In this document: one piece after another, positions 17,468 to 25,876 of the stretch
Position numbering within the stretch: the stretch's first letter is position 1
Layout of the letters: the number at the start of each line of letters is the position of its first letter
Origin: an uncultured Candidatus Saccharibacteria bacterium
GTDB taxonomy: Bacteria; Patescibacteriota; Minisyncoccia; Sungbacterales; SURF-37
DNA length: 37,530 nt
Assembly: GCA_964365675.1 (NCBI GenBank)
Contig: CAYIQX010000002.1
Coordinates: 1-37,530, forward strand
Reading direction: 5' to 3'
Position numbers and translations under genes: made by a program
Notes under the pieces: generated by a model
Seen by the model: only the letters and a program-made list of their open reading frames with translations
Told to the model about the DNA's origin: nothing
Database searches by the model: none

Positions 17468-18412
17468 TCACCTCCCTGTGATCTTGGCAAGAATTTCGGT
17501 GAGCAGTCCCCGAAGCTGTGGGGAGACGTCGAATCTGAACTGCTGTGTGGCTTTCGGCGCTTTGCTTCGCTCTGATTGGATGAGCTCTACGGCCTGATCC
17601 TGGGTCATGAGACCGTCCGCTGTGAGCGCATCGATGCGCGCGGCGATGTGCGTCAGCTCAGTGGTTTCCGCTTCCCGCTGAAGCTCTTCCTGCCGAATTT
17701 TCTCGTACTCATCCTGGACGCTCTTTGGCAGAACAAGCTCGCCGATCAGAACCGTTATGACGTCCACGCCCCAATCGGTTGCCTGCTCGTCTGCCAGCCA
17801 TTGAAGCTCCTCGCGGAGCTCATCGAGCTGATCGTTCACTTCGGCATCGGTGTACCGGCGTATGCCATCCCGGAGAACCTGCTGAGCGAGCTCTACCAAA
17901 CTCTTCTCAATGACCCCTTCGGTGATGGAGAGGCTCTGCGCGGGGTTTGCCACGCGGTACCGGATGACCGACTTTGGCACCGTGATCGGGACGCGGTTCC
18001 GAGAAAGGACCGAGAACGCCGCGACCTCAAGCGCCTTCTCGCGGCAGTCGATCACATCGCTGTCCATGAACGGCCGCGGTAAAAGCCAGTTCAGGCCTTC
18101 CGGTAACTCGAAATGCGCCTCGTGGATTACGACCCGCTCCCCCTGCGTTGGGGTGGTGCGAGCCCTTCTCGCTTGCGCCGGCGCCGGGGTGGGGACGGCG
18201 ACCCCGACTTCCTTTAGCTTCATCATGCGCTTGCCGAGAAAGCTCGGAACCGCACGATGACCAATCGGTATGGCGTGCAGGCCCGCGCCGCCTACGTAGA
18301 CAAACGTAAGGAGCGCAAGGGGCCAGCGGTATGCCTCTGCAGAGACCGCTACAACAACGAGCGCGCCGAGAGCCGCGATCAGGATGCCAAGTACCAGCCG
18401 ATAAACACGCAT
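17468..18412 (-). CDS. SPFH/band-7 (stomatin/prohibitin-like) membrane protein
   Basis: N-terminal TM helices are followed by the SPFH pattern (GLNWLLPRPFMDSDVIDCREKALEV...VPITVPKSVIRYRVANP...DWGVDVITVLIGELVLPKSVQDEYE) and a coiled-coil tail. ATG 18412 is preceded by AGGAGG. ATG 18430 is the longest start. Confidence 0.85.
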   Translation of the reverse strand: MRVYRLVLGILIAALGALVVVAVSAEAYRWPLALLTFVYVGGAGLHAIPIGHRAVPSFLGKRMMKLKEVGVAVPTPAPAQARRARTTPTQGERVVIHEAHFELPEGLNWLLPRPFMDSDVIDCREKALEVAAFSVLSRNRVPITVPKSVIRYRVANPAQSLSITEGVIEKSLVELAQQVLRDGIRRYTDAEVNDQLDELREELQWLADEQATDWGVDVITVLIGELVLPKSVQDEYEKIRQEELQREAETTELTHIAARIDALTADGLMTQDQAVELIQSERSKAPKATQQFRFDVSPQLRGLLTEILAKITGR

Positions 18413-18482
18413 ACTGCCTCCTCTCTGCATCGAGTAAACTCCGTGGATTTGAAGGATTCTTAGTCAAGGTGCTCGCACGAAA

Positions 18483-18511
18483 ATTATACATAGTTTACAT
18501 TAGAAAGTCAA
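18483..18511 (-). promoter_or_regulatory. Sigma-70 promoter of the SPFH module
   Basis: On the minus strand: TTGACT (18511-18506), a 17-nt spacer, TATAAT (18488-18483). It lies about 55-70 nt upstream of the SPFH start. Confidence 0.55.
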
Positions 18512-18553
18512 ACGCGCCGTAGCGGCGGCCTTGAAGCGACAAATAAAAAAATT

Positions 18554-19000
18554 CTACGGATACGGTTTAATAACGACGCGGCGGGAGTCGCCCTCGCCGA
18601 TGGACTGGGTGATGATGTCCGGATATTCGGCCAGCGCCATATGGACGATGCGCCGCTCAAAGGGCGGCATCGGCGCAAGCGCAAGCTCGGTGCGGTACAG
18701 GCGCACCCGCTTGGCTATACTCTTGGCTTCGCTTTTCAGTTCGTCGAGGTGATGCAGACGATAGCCGTTGACGTCGAGAAAAAATCCCGCGCTCTCGGGG
18801 CCCTCGCGTTCAGCGATCCGTTTCAGGAGATACTCAAGCGCCCAGAGATTCTGGGCGCGGGCTCCGATGAGCAGTCGGGCATCATCCGTAATGACGTTCA
18901 GATAGGGGATGGAGATCTCGGCGATGGTCCGTTCCTCAACGTCAGCCCGCACGCCCATCTTTTGCAGGATCTGATTGATGTGTTCGCTGACCGCGCTCAT
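18554..19000 (-). CDS. jag: Jag/KhpB-type RNA-binding protein (KH + R3H)
   Basis: HINQILQKMGVRADVEE..., YLLKRIAE and the C-terminal R3H-like ERRIVHMALAEYPDIITQSIGEGDSRRVVIKP are present. The gene sits in the conserved position downstream of yidC. Confidence 0.85.
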   Translation of the reverse strand: MSAVSEHINQILQKMGVRADVEERTIAEISIPYLNVITDDARLLIGARAQNLWALEYLLKRIAEREGPESAGFFLDVNGYRLHHLDELKSEAKSIAKRVRLYRTELALAPMPPFERRIVHMALAEYPDIITQSIGEGDSRRVVIKPYP

Positions 19001-19712
19001 AGGACATGCGCCACTCAATAAAACGTTGCTGGAGTATAGCAAGCAGATTGAATATTGTCCAGTAAAACGCGAGGGCTGACGGTAGCGACCAGGAGATGGC
19101 GGCGATGATGACCGGGAAGACATAGCGCGTTTGCCACTGCAGCATGGCGCTAAAGTCGGCGCCCCCCGCGGCGGGAGTGGCCAGCTGGGGCTGCGGAGTG
19201 AAATATCCTTGGAGGAACTGCGACACGCCGGCGGCGATGGCCAGCGGGATACTTGCTTGGGTAAGATTGAGGAGACCAAAGGCAACGGGATTAAAAATCT
19301 CGAACGGCGGCAGGAACGAATACAGAAGCGAACGGTCGGTCAGCGAAAGGCCTTTCCAGAAAAGGCGATAGAGGCCGATGAGCACCGGCAATTGGATGAG
19401 TAGCGGCAGACAACCCGAAAGGGGGTTCACGCCCTCGGCCCGGTAGAGTGCCATCGTCTCCTTGGCCTGCGCTTCCTTATCGCTCTTGAAACGCTGCTGG
19501 ATCTCTCGAAGCCGCGGCTGGATCCTCGTCATGGCGCGCTGGGAGCGAATGGTCTGGCTGATGGCCGGATGGAGAACGAGACGCACGATCAGCGTCAGCA
19601 TGATAATAGCAAGCCCCAGATCGTGATAGGGAAGGAGGAGGTAGATCCCCACGAGGCCGTTGAGAAGCGGCCGGTAAATAATTTCGTTGTAGAGAAGCGA
19701 AAGAAAACTCAT
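18942..19712 (-). CDS. yidC: Membrane protein insertase YidC (short, monoderm type)
   Basis: MTRIQPRLREIQQRFKSDKEAQAKETMALYRAEGVNPLSGCLPLLIQLPVLIGLY is present. ATG 19712 overlaps the yidD stop (ATGA). The 5' extension in the track ORF overlaps yidD and is rejected. Confidence 0.9.
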   Translation of the reverse strand: MSFLSLLYNEIIYRPLLNGLVGIYLLLPYHDLGLAIIMLTLIVRLVLHPAISQTIRSQRAMTRIQPRLREIQQRFKSDKEAQAKETMALYRAEGVNPLSGCLPLLIQLPVLIGLYRLFWKGLSLTDRSLLYSFLPPFEIFNPVAFGLLNLTQASIPLAIAAGVSQFLQGYFTPQPQLATPAAGGADFSAMLQWQTRYVFPVIIAAISWSLPSALAFYWTIFNLLAILQQRFIEWRMSYERGQRTHQSDPAKDGRAG

Positions 19713-19936
19713 GGCAAGGGATCGTATCCGCCCGAAGACCAGGGATTGCAGCGCATAAGGCGCCCAAGAAGGAACATAAAACCGCGTACTAGTCCATATT
19801 GACGGAGCGCCTCCAGCCCATACCCTGAACAGGTAGGAGAAAATCGGCAGCCGCCCGGGACGATGGAGAACTGATGGAAAAGCGGAGCAATAAGGAGACG
19901 ATAGATCTGAATACAATGGATGGATAGAGTATTCAT
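19709..19936 (-). CDS. yidD: Membrane protein insertion efficiency factor YidD
   Basis: IQIYRLLIAPL...GGCRFSPTCSGYGLEALRQYG...RLMRCNPW is present. An ATGA overlap links it to rnpA. Confidence 0.9.
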   Translation of the reverse strand: MNTLSIHCIQIYRLLIAPLFHQFSIVPGGCRFSPTCSGYGLEALRQYGLVRGFMFLLGRLMRCNPWSSGGYDPLP

Positions 19937-20295
19937 GGCCGCCGGAGAAAATGTTCTAGTTGCCGCGAGAGTTCAAGGGCCGCGACATTCCGCGCACGGT
20001 CCGAAAGGCGGAGTACCGCGGGGTCTATATAAACAACCGCCGTGATGGGGAGCGGCTCCCGCCGCCACTGCCGCCGGAACGCCTCGGTCATCTGTCGGCG
20101 CATGCGGTTGCGGACCGTACTCTTTTTAGAAACCGTTTTCGGGACGACGAAAAGCACTCGTGCGTCTGCCGAGCTCCGGGCGCGGGTCCAGACGACCCGC
20201 CCGAGGTCAATCTTGGCACGACGGCCATGACGAAGTGTCCCCGCAACATCCTGCCGCCCCTTGAACCGAAAGGTCCGACGGGATTTGCCGCTCAT
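19933..20295 (-). CDS. rnpA: RNase P protein component
   Basis: This is a basic 120-aa protein ([25 protein letters not shown]) lying between rpmH and yidD. An ATGA overlap links it to rpmH. Confidence 0.85.
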   Translation of the reverse strand: MSGKSRRTFRFKGRQDVAGTLRHGRRAKIDLGRVVWTRARSSADARVLFVVPKTVSKKSTVRNRMRRQMTEAFRRQWRREPLPITAVVYIDPAVLRLSDRARNVAALELSRQLEHFLRRP

Positions 20296-20426
20296 ACGGT
20301 CAGCCGGCGGCGGCCCTTGGCGCGACGGCGTGCGAGGGTGCGGCGGCCGCCGGGCGTGCGGCTCCGCTTCCGGAAACCGTGAACGCGCTGACGCTTTCGC
20401 CGTTTGGGCTGGTAGGTTCGCTTCAT
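20292..20426 (-). CDS. rpmH: 50S ribosomal protein L34 (not in the ORF track because it is under 60 aa)
   Basis: Hand translation of the minus strand gives [44 protein letters not shown], 44 aa. AAGAGG lies about 10 nt upstream. Confidence 0.95.
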   Translation of the reverse strand: MKRTYQPKRRKRQRVHGFRKRSRTPGGRRTLARRRAKGRRRLTV

Positions 20427-20656
20427 AATCTAGTTGCCTCTTGCTTTAAAATCCAGGAAACCGTATCCCATAGTATATCCTCCCTCCCGACCGGCGCAAC
20501 TCATTTTCCCGCCGCTCTATCGTCTCCACAGATTATGAACATGTTGTAAACAAAGCACCTCCTTTTGTGCATTTCGCCCACACCGGTATAGTGAGCATAC
20601 TTTAACCCAGCATTGAAAAAGCACTCACTCTCTCAAGGTATCGCACCCAAACCAAC

Positions 20657-22039
20657 ATGATGAGCCGGGAAGAGATCTGGAAAAACGTTCTTGCCGAGAT
20701 AGAGCTCACCACCTCGCGGGCAAGTTTCATCACGTGGTTCCAAGAAACAACTATCGCTGATATTGCCGAGGGCGTCGTAACCGTTTCCGTGCCCAACGGT
20801 TTCGCGAAAAACTGGCTCCAAGACAAATACCACAAGCTGATCCTCCGTTGCCTCCGGGGACTCCTCGGCGATACCCGCGAAGTGGCCTATGTGGTGGGGG
20901 CACTCGACCGGCCACTCTCCCAGATGCGCCCGAAGGTCCGCTCCATACCCAAACCAATGTTCATGGAGCCGCAGGAGCGCTTGGAACTAAAGGACGGCAC
21001 GGCTGATCCCGAAAGCGGGTTGAACCCCCGCTACCTTTTTGAGAATTTTGTCGTGGGGTCCTTCAACGAGCTACCCCATGTGGCCGCGCAGGCGGTATTG
21101 AAAAACCCCGGACTTACCTACAACCCGCTCTTCATCTACGGCGGGGTTGGCCTCGGTAAGACTCACCTCATCCAGGCGATCGGCAATGAGCTCTTGCAAC
21201 GGTGTCCGGGAACCAAGGTCCGTTACATCCCTTCAGAAAAATTCATGGGTGAGATTGTGGACGCCATTAATACCAGGACGATGAACCAATTGAAGGAGCG
21301 GTACCGGAGCGTAGATCTTCTGATTATGGACGACATCCAGTTCATTGCCCGCACCGAAAAAATGCAGGAAGAATTCTTTCATGCTTTCAATGCGCTCTAC
21401 GAGCGGAACAAGCAGATAGTCATTTCCTCCGACAAGCCGCCCGCGGCTATTCCGACGCTGGAGTCACGCCTCCGCTCGCGCTTCGAGGGCGGTATGATCG
21501 CCGACATCGGCGCGCCGGACTTCGAGACGCGTCTTGCTATTCTGAAAACGAAACTCCGGATAAAAAATCTTACCCTGCCGGACGACATAGTCGAATACGT
21601 TGCCGAGACTATTACGTCCAACATCCGGGAGCTCGAAGGCGCTCTCAACCGCCTAATTCTCCGTACCACCATGACCGCCTCGCCTCCAAACATTGATGAG
21701 GCTAAGCGCATCCTGGCCCAGGTATCCGCCGCACCCAAGCGCTTCGTATCGCCAAAGAAAATTATCCGCACCGTTTCCGAATTTTACGATGTTACAGAAA
21801 AAGAGCTAGTAAACCGTAGCCGGAAAAAGGAAATTGTAAAACCGCGTCAAATAGCCATGTATCTCCTCCGGGAGGAGTTGAAGTGTTCCTTCCCTTTTAT
21901 TGGGGAAAGGCTTGGGAAGAAGGACCATACCACTGCTATCCACGCGTATAAAAAAATAACCGCCGCCCTCCCTACACATCCCGAACTTGATAATGAATTA
22001 AAAACCCTGAAGGAAAAAATCTATTCTCCCCCCATGTAG
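20657..22039 (+). CDS. dnaA: Chromosomal replication initiator DnaA
   Basis: Walker A GGVGLGKTHL, DLLIMDDIQF, the sensor/box VII region, and the C-terminal DNA-binding motif IAMYLLRE...IGERLGKKDHTTAIHAYKKI are present. Confidence 0.97.
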   Translation: MMSREEIWKNVLAEIELTTSRASFITWFQETTIADIAEGVVTVSVPNGFAKNWLQDKYHKLILRCLRGLLGDTREVAYVVGALDRPLSQMRPKVRSIPKPMFMEPQERLELKDGTADPESGLNPRYLFENFVVGSFNELPHVAAQAVLKNPGLTYNPLFIYGGVGLGKTHLIQAIGNELLQRCPGTKVRYIPSEKFMGEIVDAINTRTMNQLKERYRSVDLLIMDDIQFIARTEKMQEEFFHAFNALYERNKQIVISSDKPPAAIPTLESRLRSRFEGGMIADIGAPDFETRLAILKTKLRIKNLTLPDDIVEYVAETITSNIRELEGALNRLILRTTMTASPPNIDEAKRILAQVSAAPKRFVSPKKIIRTVSEFYDVTEKELVNRSRKKEIVKPRQIAMYLLREELKCSFPFIGERLGKKDHTTAIHAYKKITAALPTHPELDNELKTLKEKIYSPPM

Positions 22040-22230
22040 AGAGGGGATTGGTTGTGAATAATAAAGGGAGAAGTTCTATACATAAATATCCTTCTTTTTT
22101 CCTTTTTAATTTATCCACAAACTACTAATAGATATTTCTCATAAGAAAGTATTAAAAAGGAGAATAAAACCAGTATTAATTATTCAATCCCCAGTTTATT
22201 CTTTTTAATAATAGTAATAATAAATAAAGT
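22040..22230. other. Probable oriC: AT-rich unwinding region with DnaA boxes between dnaA and dnaN
   Basis: This 191-nt spacer is very AT-rich in an otherwise GC-rich window. It contains a perfect TTATCCACA and a one-mismatch box TGTGAATAA (22053-22061), plus long A/T runs at 22190-22230. Confidence 0.7.
22111..22119 (+). promoter_or_regulatory. Consensus DnaA box TTATCCACA
   Basis: This is an exact 9/9 match to the canonical DnaA box. Confidence 0.8.
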
Positions 22231-23331
22231 ATGAAAATAGTTTGTACTACGGATAAATTAAAAAATGCGGTCATTACGGTGGAGCGTTTTACTGGGCGTC
22301 ACATTACCCTTCCAATTCTTTCTCATATTCTTTGCCGGGTAGAAGAAAAAAAGATTTCTTTTATTGCAACCAACCTTGAAGTTGGTGTTGAATATCACCT
22401 TACGGGGAAAATACAAAAAACCGGGGTGGTTACTATCCCCGCAAAGCCGTTTTCTCAACTTCTCTCATCCATCCGCGATGAGACAATTATATTAGAAGGA
22501 AAACAACACCACCTTATTCTTCACACTCCCACATCCGATATTAATATTCTTGGGTTAAACCCGTCCGATTTCCCTTCACTCCCGGTGATTAAAAAAGAAT
22601 ATTCATTCATCCTAGCGGCGGAATCGCTGGTAGCCGCACTTCAGCAGGTTGTGCCGGCGGCGGCGGTTTCAGATCTAAAACCAGAACTTTCAGGTATACT
22701 CTTCTCTATCGGTCCGGATTCAATAGTTCTCGCGGCCACAGATTCATTCCGGCTCGCTGAAAAGACAATTAATATCTCTGACGGCTTAAAAGAGCGCAGA
22801 GAGTGTATTGTGCCTCTTCGGACAGCACAGGAACTCATCCGTACGCTTTCTTTAGACTCGAGTGAAGGCGTTCGTATTAGTATTGGTGAACATCAAGTGA
22901 TATTTGAGTGGGGGGTTACCCGGGTCTTGTCGCGGCTTATTGATGGTGCCTACCCGCCGTATCAGAACATTATTCCGGCCGCCTATGAGACGACGCTTCT
23001 GGTGAATCGGGATGATTTTTTAAAAAAGATACGCTTGGCGGCGGTTTTCTCAAGCCGATTGAATGATGTAACCCTTCGTTTTTCACCGACCGAGCTTGAG
23101 GTGGCGACCACGAATGCGGAGACCGGCGGGACCACCAGCCGGATAAGCGCGAAAGGGCGCGGCGCTTCCAACTCAACCGTATTCAACTACCGCTATCTTT
23201 CCGACGGCCTCGAGGCCGCAGGGGGGGAGAATATTATTTTAAATCTAAACGGCGTCTCCGGCCCCACGCTTATCCAAAATCCGAGCGACAACTCTTACCG
23301 TTATCTCGTGATGCCGATCCGAGCGGTCTAG
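22231..23331 (+). CDS. dnaN: DNA polymerase III beta sliding clamp
   Basis: The gene sits directly after dnaA and encodes 366 aa. The pattern is typical of the family: ...ILSHILC...ATNLEVG..., ATDSFRLAE, RLIDGAYPPYQNIIP, and the C-terminal YLVMPIR. Confidence 0.93.
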   Translation: MKIVCTTDKLKNAVITVERFTGRHITLPILSHILCRVEEKKISFIATNLEVGVEYHLTGKIQKTGVVTIPAKPFSQLLSSIRDETIILEGKQHHLILHTPTSDINILGLNPSDFPSLPVIKKEYSFILAAESLVAALQQVVPAAAVSDLKPELSGILFSIGPDSIVLAATDSFRLAEKTINISDGLKERRECIVPLRTAQELIRTLSLDSSEGVRISIGEHQVIFEWGVTRVLSRLIDGAYPPYQNIIPAAYETTLLVNRDDFLKKIRLAAVFSSRLNDVTLRFSPTELEVATTNAETGGTTSRISAKGRGASNSTVFNYRYLSDGLEAAGGENIILNLNGVSGPTLIQNPSDNSYRYLVMPIRAV

Positions 23332-23336
23332 GTGGT

Positions 23337-25853
23337 CTACGGAAAGGAAACGATAGCGCTCCCGATATTGCCGACCTGATCGTAGGCGCGCACCTCAACG
23401 GATCGCGGAGCGCCTTCGTCCCGCGTAACGGTGAATTCTAGCGAGGGCGACGGACGGCTTCGGGATTCTAAAATTCGGTTTCCGTCAAACAGGGCTACTT
23501 CCTTAAGACCATAGGGCGCATCCACCGATACTTTTAAGACGATCGAATTCTCGGTTGGTGATCTTTTTTCAACGGTCAGCCGTGGCCCGCGGTTGGGTGT
23601 GTGTACGTCGTCATAGGCGCTTGGAATTGTGGCGGGATTTTGCGGCTGGAAGCCGGATGCGGCCATCCATCGTTGGAATGCCGCTTCCCAGCTCGGGTAT
23701 TGGTGGTCGTTCGATGGGTCAGTGGGTGGGGGGCCAGCGGGGTTGCGCTGGTCTATCCAGTGGAGAGGGTCATGGGGGGTACCAAATGCAATGTCACGGC
23801 GTGACTCGGGCGGCGTGAGGTCGGTTGCGAGTTTCCCCGATACGGCGTCGACGGTAACGATCGTGTCGCCCTGCCACACGCCCTTCAGCACCGGTTTGGT
23901 CACTTCGCGGGGCGGGGCCGATGGAAAATCCTCCCGCGGGAACTGGGCCAGCGCGAATTCCATGAAGGCGTGCCATGCCGGAGCCGCGGCCATGACGCCC
24001 GACCCTTTCTGTTGCATGGGCGTATTGTCGTTATTCCCCGCCCATACGCCGACTGCGACGGAGGGAGTGTAGCCGATCGCCCAGGCATCACGGAAGTCCT
24101 GGGTTGTTCCGGTTTTTGCGGCGACTCGCCGGTCGGAAAAGTAGAGCGAGGAGCGCGGTTGGAACACGGGTATTCGCGCCTCGTTGTCGGAAAGTACGTC
24201 GTTCATGATCCGCGCGATCTCGGCATCAATAGCCGGCCGCGGCTCGGCGCGGGATTCCTCCAGCACTCTTCCGTTCGCCGTTTTAACAGAAAGGACCGCG
24301 GTTATCGGGTTTCTAATACCATCATTGGCGAACACTCCAAATGCGCTCGTCATCTCTAGGAGACTTACCTCGGCTCCGCCGAGGACCAGCGACAGACCGT
24401 AGCGGGAGCTATCTTTAAGCGTGGTAATGCCGAGATCCTGTGCGGTGCGCATGGAATCCTCGATACCGGCAAGATACAGTAGTTTCACCGAGGGCACGTT
24501 CAGGGATTGGGCAATGGCTTGACGCACCGTGACCGGCCCGCGGAACGACTCGTCATAGTTTTGTGGGTGGTAGCAGTCCTTCGGGTCAACGCCCGAACCG
24601 GGATGGGGTATGCCGTCGGGAGTACAGCGCGAATTGAATTCGGTCGGGACATCAAAGAGAACGGTTTCCGGCTGGAATCCCTTTTTGAACGCCGTGGCGT
24701 AGACGAAGGGCTTGAATGCCGAACCCGGCTGGCGGAGCGCGGTCGTGACGTTGAAATTTCCGTCGTGCTCTACATCGAAATAGTCGTGGGACCCGACCAT
24801 GGAAAGGATCTGCCCAGATTTCGGTTCTATGGCGGCGAGGGCCATATTCCCCGCCCGGATGAGTTTTTGGTTTTTTGTAGCATACTCGCTGACGATCTTT
24901 TCGGCTTCTTCTTGGAATCTCCAGTCGAGCGTGGTCGTGACGAGTAGACCGCCTTCGCTCACCTCCTCTTCGCCGTAGCGTTCGATGAGGTGATCCCGTA
25001 TGTACATGACGAAATGCGGCGCGCGAATGTTCTTGGCCGCAGGCAAAAATTTGACGGGTTCGGCGCGGGTCGCGGCCGCCTCAGCGGGCGTGAGGTAGCC
25101 AAGTCTTTCCATGCGTTCAAGAATGCGATCAGCGCGGCGTATAAGTTCGTCTTTATGCTGGCCGTAGGGCGAGAAATAGGTCGGCGCGACCGGTAGCGCG
25201 GCGAGTAGCGAGGCCTCACGAACCGAAAGGTCGCGGGCGCGTTTGCCGAGGAACGTCTGTGCTGCGGCTTCTATGCCGTAGGCGTTCGAGCCGTAGGGGA
25301 TCTGGTTTAGGTAGAGGTCGAATATCTGCTCTTTGGGTAGCCGCGCCTCGAGCAGCATTGAGTACATAGCCTCCCGGATCTTTCGGCGGATAGTCCGCTC
25401 GTGGCCGAGGAGGGAATTCTTTACGAGTTGCTGGGTGATGGTAGAGCCACCCTGGCGGAAGTCCTGGGTCATGACGTCCGTGATGAGGGCGCGGAGGATA
25501 CCCTTCAGGTCAATGCCGGCATGGCGGTAGAAATTTGCGTCTTCAATGGCAATGGTGGCATTTTTCACCGCAGCCGGGATCTCGGCGAACGGAATAACGG
25601 TCCGTTTTTCTTCGCCGTGGATCTCATAGAGCAGCACCCCGCCGGTCCGATCGTATATCTTCGTCGACTGCACGACGCGGCGGGCGTAGAGGTCGTGCAG
25701 GGAGGGAAGGTTCCGAAGTGTGATGGCCGTAGCGGTTCCGCCGATGAGTATGCCGGCGAGAGCGATAAAAAAAGCGAGTTTGAGGAGCCGCCGGGGAGCA
25801 GAAGTGCGGGGCGAAGAACGTTTTCGAAAATCTCGCACGATAGGGGGGAGCAT
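23337..25853 (-). CDS. Bifunctional class A penicillin-binding protein (GT51 glycosyltransferase + transpeptidase) with a C-terminal Ig-like extension
   Basis: The GT51 motifs are IAIEDANFYRHAGID, GGSTITQQLVKN and RKIREA. The transpeptidase motifs are PGSAFKP (SxxK) and KTGTT. An N-terminal TM anchor is present. Confidence 0.93.
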   Translation of the reverse strand: MLPPIVRDFRKRSSPRTSAPRRLLKLAFFIALAGILIGGTATAITLRNLPSLHDLYARRVVQSTKIYDRTGGVLLYEIHGEEKRTVIPFAEIPAAVKNATIAIEDANFYRHAGIDLKGILRALITDVMTQDFRQGGSTITQQLVKNSLLGHERTIRRKIREAMYSMLLEARLPKEQIFDLYLNQIPYGSNAYGIEAAAQTFLGKRARDLSVREASLLAALPVAPTYFSPYGQHKDELIRRADRILERMERLGYLTPAEAAATRAEPVKFLPAAKNIRAPHFVMYIRDHLIERYGEEEVSEGGLLVTTTLDWRFQEEAEKIVSEYATKNQKLIRAGNMALAAIEPKSGQILSMVGSHDYFDVEHDGNFNVTTALRQPGSAFKPFVYATAFKKGFQPETVLFDVPTEFNSRCTPDGIPHPGSGVDPKDCYHPQNYDESFRGPVTVRQAIAQSLNVPSVKLLYLAGIEDSMRTAQDLGITTLKDSSRYGLSLVLGGAEVSLLEMTSAFGVFANDGIRNPITAVLSVKTANGRVLEESRAEPRPAIDAEIARIMNDVLSDNEARIPVFQPRSSLYFSDRRVAAKTGTTQDFRDAWAIGYTPSVAVGVWAGNNDNTPMQQKGSGVMAAAPAWHAFMEFALAQFPREDFPSAPPREVTKPVLKGVWQGDTIVTVDAVSGKLATDLTPPESRRDIAFGTPHDPLHWIDQRNPAGPPPTDPSNDHQYPSWEAAFQRWMAASGFQPQNPATIPSAYDDVHTPNRGPRLTVEKRSPTENSIVLKVSVDAPYGLKEVALFDGNRILESRSRPSPSLEFTVTRDEGAPRSVEVRAYDQVGNIGSAIVSFP

Positions 25854-25876
25854 AGCATCATTGAGCCCTCATTGGA

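Noticed and set aside
19713-19916. N-terminal 68-aa extension of the yidC ORF.
   Set aside because: It overlaps yidD entirely. ATG 19712 gives the ATGA junction and the normal YidC N-terminus.
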